In this document: positions 23,025-35,891 of the stretch, piece after piece
Numbering within the stretch: the stretch's first letter is position 1
How the letters are laid out: each line of letters starts with the position of its first letter
Assembly: GCF_001186125.1 (NCBI RefSeq)
Contig: NW_014040434.1
Span: 16,023-52,950, forward strand
Reading direction: 5' to 3'
Source: Sphaeroforma arctica JP610
Lineage: Eukaryota
Length of the DNA stretch: 36,928 nucleotides
Position numbers and translations under genes: made by a program
The notes under the pieces: generated by a model
The model's database searches: none
What the model was told of the DNA's origin: nothing
Seen by the model: the letters and a program-made list of their open reading frames with translations, nothing else

Positions 23025-24759
23025 TTTTTAAGTGACCGAACTACTATGTTTATTACATTACGTTTCTTACAGGTTAAGCTAATTAAAATTAATTAGTTGT
23101 GTATTTTTTTTCTTACACGATGAATGAAGTTACTATGTGAGCAAGAAATCCTGTGTTCGATTGTTAAAACGACTGTTTAAAGTTCATCGGCATTCGTCAT
23201 TGCATACTGATATGATAGAGGTGGCGACATATTCTTGCTCTGATTCAATACCGGATGAAAAACCAAGGCAGAGGTTTATACTACGCTAGACCATTTTGAT
23301 ATTTGAGACTCAACAATCGATTCTACTTTGGATAAGGCCATACAACATATGGAAGGGGTTATCAAGCGAAGCGACAACTTAGGGCTGCTGACACATGTGC
23401 AAAACGCTAAGGAGATTATTTTGCTAATTCGGCTACTAATTCGGAAATTTCGGTTTTTTTCATACAACGGGTAGACTCGTCTTAAGGCAATGGCACAGTC
23501 AGGACAGAAACGGACCATGCGATTAATAGGGGCTCATGAAATATTTCTCAGGTGCCGACCAAAATCTACAAGTTCCGCACTTACCAACTGTACGCACAAG
23601 ACAATTTCATCTGAGCCAGCAATCATTGTACAAGAGCTCGTGGACATGATACATACAGTTAAAATATATGCTGGTGGCTAAGGGAAACATTTCAAGCTAA
23701 TACTGTGTAGAACCGACACAGAGCTAACTGGGACTTTTAGGACGACATATTTCGATCGTACAAAAGGTTCAATTTAAACGGATCTACAACTTGTCGAAGG
23801 TGAAAGTGATTGCTAGGACACCAACAGAGATTCGAAAGGAAACCATATAGCGTACTAAGGTTGGGGGCGAGCCTTGATGCAAATTTTACAAGTACGTCAA
23901 TAGTCGTCGGCATCACCAACGCACACGGCAGACACTACAAGAAAGTCCTTAGATTAAATTTGGAAAATATCACAAATTTCTATATTTATGTCTGACGCGA
24001 CAGACGGGACCTCGACTGGCGGCTGGGTGGATACTAGCGGTGACGTAGAAGCTTTGCTCACGGCGACATTACCTATGTGTATACTGATTTCAGTTATCAC
24101 TTATTAGTGAGATGATGTCCAACAGTTGCATGCGTGACCATCGTTCGAAAAGAGGCTTAAGGATACTCTCAGTATTGCGTATACAATGTGCTGATGCCTA
24201 CGACGTGCAATCATATGAACGACGGTGATTAATTATGCTGCAGGAGGCACTGCTGTTTGCATGGTTAAAAATATTTTGAGATTATTTGAGATGTTTCACA
24301 GAAGTATATGACTGCTTGTCAAATATCTGCAAGGATATGCTATTGACTGGTGTTATAGAATTACAGGTATGCGCGCGTCACGAACAGACAAAAAGGTAGA
24401 TTGTATATTATCGATTATATAGGATATTTACACATAAGCACACTTTAGGTAGATTCCCAACAGAACAGAGTAGCACATACAACTATAATTATGTTATTTA
24501 ATGGAATACATTAAATTTTGATTTTAATATTGTAGCAGACACAACATACATAAAACATACACACTAGCTAACACACCGCTGGTAGACATATGCAAAACAT
24601 CAGGCAGGCAATGGCATGGCATAATTATTTCATTATAACATAATGCTACGTTGCATGGTAAAAAAAATTACAATAGAACAGCGGACGTTCACGTCACTAC
24701 TTATTGTAGCAGAATGTACTCGGCATTACAAAGAAAATTAACATAACGGGCGGAGGACA

Positions 24760-25030
24760 CAACTTTGTCCCGAAACTAGTGTGTTTGGGCCGATGGAGAC
24801 TTTTCCTTAACAAATATGCGGGACTGTCATCAGTACGAATGTACAGAACAGAAACAGCCTTATTTTCTAAAACATATTTTCTTTCATTAATGTACTGTGT
24901 ACGAATATGAATGTGTTTGAGGCCCTTGGGGGTACTAGTACTTAGGGCGACTTTAATCGCGGATTGGTTGACGATGTGAAGGACTGTGGGGCGTAGGAAA
25001 GGAGTAGCAAGGGTGCCAATAAGGTTGCGT
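24760..25030 (-). mobile_element. Ty1/Copia RNase H relic
   Basis: PTVLHIVNQSAIKVA...LKHIHIRTQYINE...VSVLYIRTDDSPAYLLRKSL matches the Copia DNQSAI...KHIDIR...AD.LTK motif series. Confidence 0.8.
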
Positions 25031-25049
25031 CCCCATGAGATGTTGCCTG

Positions 25050-25700
25050 CTGTTGAGAATATCGACAGGAATACGAAAGTCAGACAAATTCGTTTTGGTC
25101 TTGATAAATTTTTCTGGACATGCACTTCGAAGGCTGTCGCGATATATTTATTATCTGGCTCCATACAAATATTCGACATAAAATTGTATACTTAAAATGA
25201 ATCGTGGGTACTACCACTGTGTAGGTGTAGACAGGTATGTGTACGCTTTTGCCAGTTGTGCAAACGGAAGATTTGAGGGCTGATGCGCATGCCAAAAGGT
25301 TAAATGCTTTTTGATGTATATTTTTGTTTGTAATTGAAAGCCGACCACAGGAATGTCATTTAGTTGTAGTTTGATCAAGTTAAATAAATGCAGAGCGAAT
25401 GCATTAGCGTTGGCTGCGACCGAGTCGAGTACTGAACCTGAGTTTAATATTCGAGTTTGCGAGGTGCGATGTAGTCGTTGACACTTGTGTCTTTTCGTAG
25501 GTCGTGAATTCTGTGATAGTTTTGCGAGCCGTTGCTGCGTTCTTTAACGTGTAGACCGACGGAAGTAGGCAGTAATATGGCCAGTGTTGAATTGAACCGT
25601 GTCACTGGGCCCATTTTTGTTGTTGTTGGTCCAGCTCGTCACCTAAAGATTGCTGGAGTGAGGAGTGCTCGTGGCCAGATGGTTGTGGTGGGTGCACATT
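25050..25700 (-). mobile_element. DIRS/Ngaro-type (tyrosine recombinase retrotransposon) reverse transcriptase relic
   Basis: Manual translation across frameshifts: KMGP...TSVGLHVKERSNGSQNYHRIHDLRKDTSVNDYI...LEY; FNLIKLQLNDIPVVGFQLQTKIYIKKHL/PFGMRISPQIF; FYVEYLYG as a decayed YVDD. Confidence 0.7.
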
Positions 25701-27088
25701 TTTTTAAGATACATTTTAAATAAAGTCAATATATGAATCACATAGAAGTATATCTTCTAGTCTATTGTGTTCTTTGGGTTGTGCATGTATTGCCGTAAGT
25801 GTGCACTTGGTTGAATAGTAGGGGGTGATTAGATGCTATTTAAGGTGCGTGTACCTGTGTTTTTATGTGTGAGTAAGTAGGCGGCTTATGTAATCAGTTG
25901 TCTGTGGGAGTATGAGCATGGTAGGCGTGTAGAGTTGCGTTCAATAGACGCGACTAAAACCGCGTCTATTGTAGTAGTCATTGCAAGAGCATTGATTTTG
26001 TGTGCTGGTGTTTGATGTGGATGTATTAGTTGATGTACGCTTGGCAGCCGAGTTGCAATAGCGGCTTTCTAGGAGACACTTTTGGCAAGACGCGAGGGGT
26101 ATGCGATGCGTGTCTGCTGCTAAGAATGTGGCAAGTAGTTGAGGTCGAATGGGTATGTATTGGGCGTTGGTTGTGTGGCATAATAGAGGCAATTAATTGT
26201 TCATTGAAGCTGTGTGCCTGCTAAGTCAGCTACTCATCATGATCAGATACTCTATCACGTCACCAATATCAGTAAAAAAAACCTGATGCAAGTAGCCACA
26301 TATGGCTAAAATTAATGAGTGCAATATTTATAAAATCTATCGCCGTTGTGAACTTCTCGCGTTTGCCACGAATACGCATTGTGCCTTGTTCGTATCTATA
26401 CTGAACAGAGGCATATTACGTGTCTTTGTTTCTGCATGAGACAACTAAAATTTTGAGTTGTCTTAAGTTCCAGAACATCGGGGAGAGCTTGGCCTCAACT
26501 CGCCAGAAGTGATGAGGTGCCTTTCAGTGTTCGGTGCATAGACATCTCGATTCTTTGGCTTTAGCCGGGGTGTTGTTCGATTCGGGACGACTGAGATTTG
26601 ATAGAGGCCATTCGATCATTGAGCAATCAATGATGTATGGCAATAACCTCAGACGATTGGGTCTTTCTAATTTGATATGCAGAGACCAGCTGCGGGCTTG
26701 ACGGAGAAAACGCTTAAACACTGGGTGAGTTCATCGAAGGCGCAGGTGGTGTAGTGACTGTCAGTTTCCTTCCTTCCTCATATAGTCCCCCCCAATTTTA
26801 CAGAAACATGAATTTTCTTGATTTCAATTGTACGCAACTTCACCACGAGGCCATGTTAAAACCAAAGCTGCAGGAGCCTGCCTCAGATTTCCCAAAGGCA
26901 TACTTGTGATTTTTTTTTTGAAATGAGACGTATAATCACATAATTGTTTATTGACTTAGTATCACAGATATTGATTGGCAATCCGATGGGAACTGTTCAT
27001 ACTGACTAAACTAACGTGATGCAATCAGACTCTATTTACCGCAATTGGTCGTAAGTGAGTGAACACAAACCGTATGCATCCGCTAGCC

Positions 27089-27201
27089 TTAGCTACGAGC
27101 AGCTAGCTTTTCAGCTATGTTCTTTACCAGCAGAAGTTCTGGGTTCGTGGTCGATGTGGAGGGATTTGCAGCACCCAGCACAGACACTGAGGACGCCACA
27201 T
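27089..27201 (-). CDS. Probable last coding exon of the USP34-like gene
   Basis: aactag acceptor, then VASSVSVLGAANPSTSTTNPELLLVKNIAEKLAARS*. The phase requires the 25-nt exon at 27471-27495. Confidence 0.45.
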
Positions 27202-30200
27202 CTAGTTGTTTATCGAGCGCATTCGTGTTTATACACACACACAGCACTTTGTATATCTGTGTATGTGGGAAGTGAGTAAAAAAGGCACATCAGAAACAGC
27301 TGTGGCGAGTACTTTATAGCACTAAATCGATAGCTAAGAGTGCGCAACGCGTACACTATTGAAATTTCGATTTAACAATCTCTGGCTACACTTTGCAGGA
27401 TAAAAGTGAAATACCCATGTTCTTGGGCCTGCATACCTTGACTAGTATTGTGCGTTTAATTGGATCTTACTTGATATAACCCAAGAAAACACTTCCTTTA
27501 AAAAACCTAATCACAGCCAGAAAAATTAGGCAACCGCAGGTCCAAGTCACTACACAACAACAGTTGCGCTTTACAAACCAAATACATATCCGTAACCGTA
27601 CCTGTAATAAAGTGGCTTTAGGGCTGCGCTCGTCCGCGAGCATATCGCTTACAACACTCTCAATGTACGTGGCGATAGCCGTTTTGGTCGGGACGGAGGC
27701 GGTATGCAACACCTGCAGGTATAGAGGAAGGATACGGTTAGAAGCAATCAGACGCAAATCGAATGAGATGTGTATGAGGCGCGTATGCCTTGATAGGTAT
27801 ACCTAATTACGTGTTCTAGAAGCGTAAAGCAGGGACTAGTACGTTAATAAATACACGCGTGATATTCATGGACACACGCACAAGTACCAGCGCTACGTTG
27901 GTAGATCGAGAATTCATGCACGAACTATTAATTGAGAGTTGTATTCCGTTAAACGTCCCAGCAGCTCAACTCAAAAGCGTTTCGGACAGGTTTCTACACC
28001 TGGAAATCGAGTATTGATGTACATTGGCTGCTAAATAGGTGACAAGTCACACCTCCACTCAGGCGAAGCTGAAGCACAGACATACCTCAACGAACAAGAG
28101 ATAGTCAACACAAGGGCCTTGTAGGTACGACAAAAGGTAGGTGCGCAAACTTCAACACACCCATCTACCTCTAAACATGTTGTGCTACCAATGCGAATGC
28201 GCCCCAGAAAAGCACTGCGTCAAGGATCACGCCATGCACTGCCTCTACCACTGCTTCACTCACACCCACACATGACGCCTACAATGGTTGGTTGCTTGAA
28301 TAGCACCACATGTACTCCCACATACTACCTCTACCATTGTTTCACGTAACACCTACACATGACGCCTACACAGGTTGGTGGCTTGAATAGTACCACATGC
28401 ACTCCCACATACTACCTCTACCATTGTTTCACTTCATACCCACACATGACGCCTACACAGGTTGGTGGCTTGAATAGTATCACATGCACTCCCACATACT
28501 ACGTCTACAAGGGCAGCGAAGCGGTCCAGCACATCCACCGGCATATTCACCAGGTAACCATCGCCACCTTTGAGGACAAACAGGATGTACTTCTCCCATG
28601 CCTGCCTGTTGCTCTCCATGCGCACGTGTTCGCAGAGCTGACTGCGCGCTACAGGCGTGGCGCTTGACGACCAACTGTGGGTGAGTGAAGCGATTGTCAG
28701 ATAGGTGATTCATTTCACGTCTGTAATATCAGATTATTTGTTTATGCCACAGCTATCGCAGGACAAGAAACTGTTAGTGTGTGCGTGGATGAATAAGTTA
28801 TTAATGTCAGAGATGCAGTCAGTTTCGCGTCGGTAATGTCAGTATCAGCTGCAGTCGTCACACGAAATTGTGAGGATGTGCCGGTTCGATCAAAATAACA
28901 ATGCCAGATATTGTGGTAGAAACAGCCTGTATTTGCAACAGAAGTCGAACTAGAAGGCCAAATGTGAGTGTATGCCGTTGTGAGAACGCAAATCGAAGCC
29001 AGTGAGATTGGATTTATCTAATTATCATTACTTCCTCAGATATACATCGTTGGTGCGATTGGGCACGGACATGAGTATCAATAACACTGGTACAATCACA
29101 ACACGAACCAACACACTACAAACACGCAGCTACATCCAATCACATCCGCGCACGCCATGAGAGGGTGGGATATCACATAATTCGGTACCTTGTCGGCCAT
29201 ATTCTGTGCGGCGAGTACTCAAGTACACTCGTGGTTGTCATGGCAACGGCCATATTAAGCTGCAACCCTTCGAGCACCACGCTCTCTTCGCCATCGGTGT
29301 CGTCGTCCTCCGAGTCGAACTCGATTGGTGGTCGCAGTGTGAGAAGCACAATTTGGTTCACCATTCCGCAGTACTCCTTCAGCTGTCGCAGTTGCGTTGG
29401 CGTGTGCGTAGTTCTATATCCAGAATCGAAAATAAAGACAAGACATGTGTTAATCTAGAATAAAAAACTGGCGGCCGCTGACATGTGAGTTGTTCTATAT
29501 TTAGAATCGAACACAAACAAAGGCATTCATGTCAGAACAAATCCCGATCAAAAATTCTGCAGTCATTGACGTGTGGGTTGTTCTACTCACATGTGCGAGC
29601 AATGAGAGTGTTTGTGTCAACAGTCAATCTACTACAGGAATATTTTTGCGATCAAAGTAGTGTGGGGCAATAGACAGGCGTACGTGAGTGACCACAGTGT
29701 GACTCATTCGATATGGTGGAACCACGACCCCGTGTACCTTCAGACGTCTCAGTTGCGTTGGTGAGTGCGTTGATCGTTTCAAAAAAGATCGAAAAAATCT
29801 GAGACAAGCATGTGCTATTGTTTTTGTTCTGATCTGGGTGATAACAGCAAGTGATGTACATTTTGGTTCACGAAGTCGCAGAAGACACAGCCACACATAA
29901 TACAACACACTCAGTGGTTGGGTTTTCGGCTTCCTGCGTACATGGCCAGTTGCCATATACACACAGGCAGGCAACACTCAACACAAGTCAAGACGTACAT
30001 TAATGTTCACGGTTGACCAACCCCGTAGCAGAGAAATGCGCAATCCACTGAATACCAAGACTAGCAACAGGCAAAAAAAAACCCCCACATAGGACGCTCA
30101 TACCCACATACCCTTGTATACAATCAAACACAAAAGAATCAGAATATGTGGTAGCTATAGCTCACAATGCACCCCAGTACATGCGTTAGCAACCGGGAAA

Positions 30201-33200
30201 ACACATACACGCTTACCCAACACCGTGTATACATATACACAGACGTAAAGAAGTCTCAGCACCAGTAGCAACATACCTGGGTGGGTCTAGATCCCCGCAC
30301 ACACTCATGCGAGCATAGCCTGGTCCTGTGCACTCGGTCAGCGTGTGGCCCAGGTAACTCCCTATAGTATGCCTGCCGCCAGCCGGCGACATCTTATAGG
30401 CTCTTGCGTTGCGATTGGTAGGTAAGCTACTCCGTGGACCTATGCGCAGGTGGTCGCGCAGCAAGTGCGTGCGCACGTCATGCAGCGTCGGTGGCACGAG
30501 ATCGCACACTGTCACTAGCAACTGCAGCCCTGCCGCCCGGCTGATGTCTTGCCTACACGGCCTAGGAGGAGCGTCCGTGCTTGTGCCTGTGCCTGTCGTT
30601 GTGGTGGTGGTGGCGGGCGTGTTTGTGTGGGGGGCGGATGTGGCTGGTTCAGTCGTGGGGTGGGGGAGGGTGGCTGTGTCGGCAGTGGCTGTCTGTGTGG
30701 TTGCGCTGGTACTGCACCCGCCGTCGTCTCTGCCACACCCACACGCGAGCACACACACGGGCTCGAACATCAGGTAGCGTTGCAACAGCGCCATCTCCAT
30801 GGTAACGTGCACGTTCTCGGCATCCGCACTCTGCAGCTTACTGCGCGTGATGGAGATGATGGTGAACTCGTCCTGATTGCGGGGGGGGTTTCTGGGCACC
30901 AGGTCTTGTTGGACCCACTCACACACCCGTGCGAACACACGTAGTATGCACTGCAGCGTGGCTTCTCTCTCCATATCCTCCGGGGTGACCACGTGGTCAA
31001 CACGTGCTTGTGTGGGCGAGTGGGAGGCATTGTGAGCCGGGCTGCTCTTGCTTTGACCTGTAGTGAGAGAGAAGGAACGGTGCAAGGAGGAGGGGGGTTA
31101 AACCAAAAGGGAAAGACCAGAGGCGGGTGTCTAACCTGTGAAACTGGACAATCTTTTCGAGAATATATGGCGCATATCAGTATACGATCCTGAGCATAGA
31201 AACGGCCGAAGTGCCGTGGATTGTCAAGTGAACGCTGTGAAAGTGATGCTGAGACTAACAATGCGCACAATGCGCCAATCATGCGTACCCTCGCGACAAA
31301 TTCTTTCAATCAAGAGATGAGCGTATCTCCTCGCATAACGTTCTCGGCGCAATATATAACATGTCAATCCATAACCAACAACATACCTGCTCAGGCGTAT
31401 GTTAAAGATTGCTACAAAAGCGTACCACGAGGTATAAGGTCAACTGAATCTAACTAGCAGCCTACATATACACCCACAAAAAAACCCCAGAGATACTACC
31501 CAAGCATACCCGGTGCTAAGAAGTCATCTAGACCGTCCTCGTCTGTATCTACACTTTCCCAATTGCCATTTGTGCATCTCCACGATGCATCATAAACAAC
31601 ACATGCAGCAGTCTACATATTCACACACACCAACAACACACAGATACCACCCAAGCATACCCGGTGGTAAGAAGTCATCTAGATCGTCTTCGTCTATGTC
31701 TATACTTGCACTACTACCTCCTGTTTGTACCCCCACATCTCCTCGACGCACACCCGAACGGACGCTCCTGCCATGTGCGTTGTCGTGGCCCTTGCGACTG
31801 GTTCGCCTATGTGTATGTACATGTATGCAAGCAGATATCAATGTGTGAAGTGAATAGCATAACTGTGCTATGTGTATGAACATATATGCAAGCAGGTATC
31901 AATGCGTGAAGTGAATAGCATAACTGTACTATGTGTATGTACATGTATACCTGCAGATTTCTATGCGTGCGTGATGAGTACAACAGTGAATAGAATAACT
32001 TTACACGTGAAATGAATCCGCATGTGCGTCTGACTGCGCACGCTTGACGCACCTGTGCACATGTGTGGGTGTCAGCGGATACTAGTGCGCTAGTGATACG
32101 CCTATAACGAGGAGTATTCAATATATACAGGAGCGTAACAGACATGTACAATCCAATACGAAATCGTAGCAGACGCTAGAGATACGCCTATAACGAGGAG
32201 TATTCAATATATACAAGAACGTAATAGACAACTACGAGATCATGGCCGACGCTAGAGATACGCCTATAACGAGGAGTATTCAATATATACAGGAACGTAA
32301 TAGACATGTACAATCCACTATGAAATCGTGGCAGACGCGCCTGTGGGCTTATCTGTGTATGCATACGACGCAGTAGTTGTTTGCAAGTGGCATGTATATA
32401 TGCAAAGCGGTGAGCGTTGTTGCAAATGTGGGCTGGGATATGTGTTTGTGCATGTTATTGTGCTCTAGATAGGCGCCATACATATAATCTACAGGGTTTA
32501 TATCACACGTCCATGGAGAAAAGTGGACTTTATCTCAAACATGTTTTAAGATGGAGATATGTATCACATGCACATAAGAGGATAGTGAAATATAGCGCAC
32601 ACAGAAAAGAATGAAGTATAGTACATACACGTAAAAAGGTGGAGTAATTACACACACATAAAAAAGTGTATTACATACACAAAGGGTACAATCTATAAAT
32701 ACATTCAATACTCCGCTCGTCATACCTACTCTCAGCACCCTCGGCATAGCCTGGCGGGGGCAAGGCGTGTGCCTGTGGCTGCGACGCATTCGCCGCCAGC
32801 TTGTCCTGCATCGCCGTTGAAGCGGTCAGCAGGCTAATCAGCCTGGCCCACAGCACATCCAACCCCCGTCCTTTGTTGCCAATGTATACCTGCAGGAATA
32901 GCGCATACAGCGGCTTGGGGTCGGGCTGTTTGGTATTAAGACACGTGTACACCACAAACCCGCCCACCGGGGCTAGGTCGCCCAGCGTGTGGTTGTTGAC
33001 CAACTTCTGGATCAGATTGGCCCGGCGTTCCGTGAGGCCCTGTTGCTCCCGGTCAATCGGTGCCACCCACACAGCGGTCTTCAGGGCCGGTGGTAGGCGA
33101 GCGCAGTTGGCTATGGCCTCTTCGCGTTGTTGGGTGTGGCGTTGGGTGTTGCGCGTGGCGGTGTATTCGACCACCAGCAGTACTTCAGTCATGGCCTAGT

Positions 33201-34326
33201 CCAGCGGGGTATGTGTGTTGAGGGTTTAGGGTTCAGGGTATAGGGCTCTTGGTGGAGATTAAGGATGGGAGCAGATTTGATTGGTCAAGACGAAAATGGG
33301 GAGCACATCAAATCGAATACAGGGGGCAATATTGCCATAGACAGTTGCGCACTATATATATATATACATACATGAATACATACAAACACACATACACACA
33401 CACATATATATATATATATAATATATATATATACTTATATGCTCTAATATTGGAGTATAGTCTAGCTATACATCTTTGCAACCATATCCACATGCAAATT
33501 CAAAAATGTGCCTTGTATATAGAAAGTGTTACCTTTGAATAGACCACGTTGGCGGTCATTAGATTCTCCACTGCCCAGGTAAAGTTGTTGTTTCCCATCC
33601 ACACGCGTATGAAGTCGATGCTGTAGCAGCACAGCAACCGCACCAATCGATAGAACACGCTCAGCAACCTTTCGTTGAACGAGATCTGCATATAAATTGG
33701 CACAAATTGAAATGAAATTAGAACCAATAATACCACTTAGTATGGACCAATACCCATTATTATCTGGGTGTACGTACTTATTGAGTGTGTATGACATTGA
33801 TAGACGGTAGTTGAGGAGAGGATGATTGCGATGTGGGTTGGCTGAGTGGGTATGTACACGAATACTATGTGCACACTCAGGCGTATTCATATATCGATGA
33901 GTGTATGGAAAACGCACACAGGCAGCCTAGCATTAATCAGAACCAAAACACTAACACTCCCCAACAGACACCACAGAACCATCTAGGAAAGTCAACGACA
34001 CAACGCACACTATGTTGACAACGGAAGATACTTTTACAATAGTTTCTCATTCGGTTCATATCCAGCGCAACATTCGCAACAGTTGACTTAGCCGGGGGGG
34101 CTGAGGACTAGTGAGACAATGATGTGCACATAACTACCCCGCCCGTTGTCTGGGTAGGAGCACTCTTAAGCAGTAGTAGTGCTACATGTCATACACCCAC
34201 AAGGTTGTGGATAATTATATGGCCCACTCCACGTTGGGTAAAACATATCACGGTGGCTGAGTCGTTGTTTAGAGCCAAATATCATGCGAGTAAATGAATG
34301 TATGTATGTATGTTTGTAAGCATGCT

Positions 34327-34411
<85 letters not shown>

Positions 34412-35825
34412 TAGTATATNTATATATATATAGTATATATACATACATACATACATACATACATACATACATACATACATACATACATACATACATACAT
34501 ACATACATACATACACACACGCTCATATATATATATATATATATTTGTGTGTGTATATTTACGTTTATGTTTGTGTGTGCACATATATACATAAATAAAG
34601 GATATACCTGAGTCGCCGTCCCATTAAGCGAGATGAAGAAGTCGCACATTAGTTGGGTACTCGGGTGGCCTCGACTGGCAACTGTCTGGCCTAAGAACTT
34701 GGCAACCAGTGCATCGCCCGTAGTTTCTTCGCACATCACTGTCAGCCACCACGCTAAGCCTTCCAACTGCCGGTCCCAAGAGTTGAATAGAATTAAAATC
34801 ATCATAAATAAGTATAATAAATATTCAAGTATTAAAAATATTTTCAAGTATTAAAAATATCATACAAGTATTAAAATCATCATACAAGCATAAAAAATAC
34901 CATACAAGTATCATAGAAGGTTTAAAATCCGCATAGAAGTATTTAAATCCTCATGGATCCTTCCATATCCTTCCATATTCTTCAATAACCTTCGCTACCA
35001 CGATCCCTAGAAGAACGCACGAGCCGAGCACAAGACCACTACCTCACCGTACCTTCGAGTAGTCCGTCTCCGCCAACTGGGCATCCACGAGCCAGAATAA
35101 TTCTCCAAACTGGTCGATGTTCTCGCGCACACACCGCACCACATTGGCAGACGGCGCCGGTGGGTACAACACAGCCAACAACCGGAAATAGGCCAACAGG
35201 CTACGGCCGAGCGTCTGCTGCACGCGCTCGCTACGGAATGAACGTCATACACGTGGACAGGCATGAGAAATCGTTTATGTATGCAAATAGGAGGATGATA
35301 GGAAGTCACTTGTGTATGTAAAGAGATAGGAGCATGGCCATCATGGGATATGACGTGTTTGGAAGTGGGTAGGGATGTGTGTGGGCAGGTGTGTACACAC
35401 GGCTACTACCATGAGCCCTACAGTGGCGGACGGTGCAGATGCACAATGCACTGCGACTGACGGCAAGTAGACTAGCAACAAACTACCGGACGCAATACGT
35501 GCCACACACTCTGTGTAGGGCTGTATGCTGGTATCAGTACAGACAGATTACAGAGAAATATGAGACACACGGTGTGTGATATACACGAATGGGCAGGCCG
35601 TACGGGGTAGGTAGATAGGAGAGTGAGTATGTGTATACAAGGACAAAGGTACGTGTGTGTGTGTGTGTGCACATACCAGTGGGACCGGTACGGGTTATGG
35701 GTCGGTATTTGTATGCGTGGGGAGATATGACTTATTGTATGTACAGAGATACGATGTGCACTAACAACGCTACGAGTGCGCTTGGTAGTCCTCGTATTGC
35801 TATTCCAGTCCATGGAGCTCTGGGC

Positions 35826-35891
<66 letters not shown>

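Noticed and set aside
26460..26730. Possible plus-strand exon ending in GTGAGT
   Set aside because: Stops in all three plus frames and no recognisable motif.
29850..29933. Extra exon RKPKTQPLSVLYYVWLCLLRLREPK
   Set aside because: Acceptor is plausible but there is no good donor, and the flanking exons join in phase without it.
32088..32338. CRISPR-like repeat with variable spacers
   Set aside because: The spacers are homologous to each other, the context is a eukaryotic intron, and there are no cas genes.
33221..33245. agggtttagggttcagggtataggg telomere-like / G4-like tract
   Set aside because: Only about four degenerate units, located in an intron; on the transcribed strand it is the C-rich tract before the acceptor.
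34166..34611. ORFs rich in YI/MYVC/IHTY repeats
   Set aside because: Translations of microsatellites.
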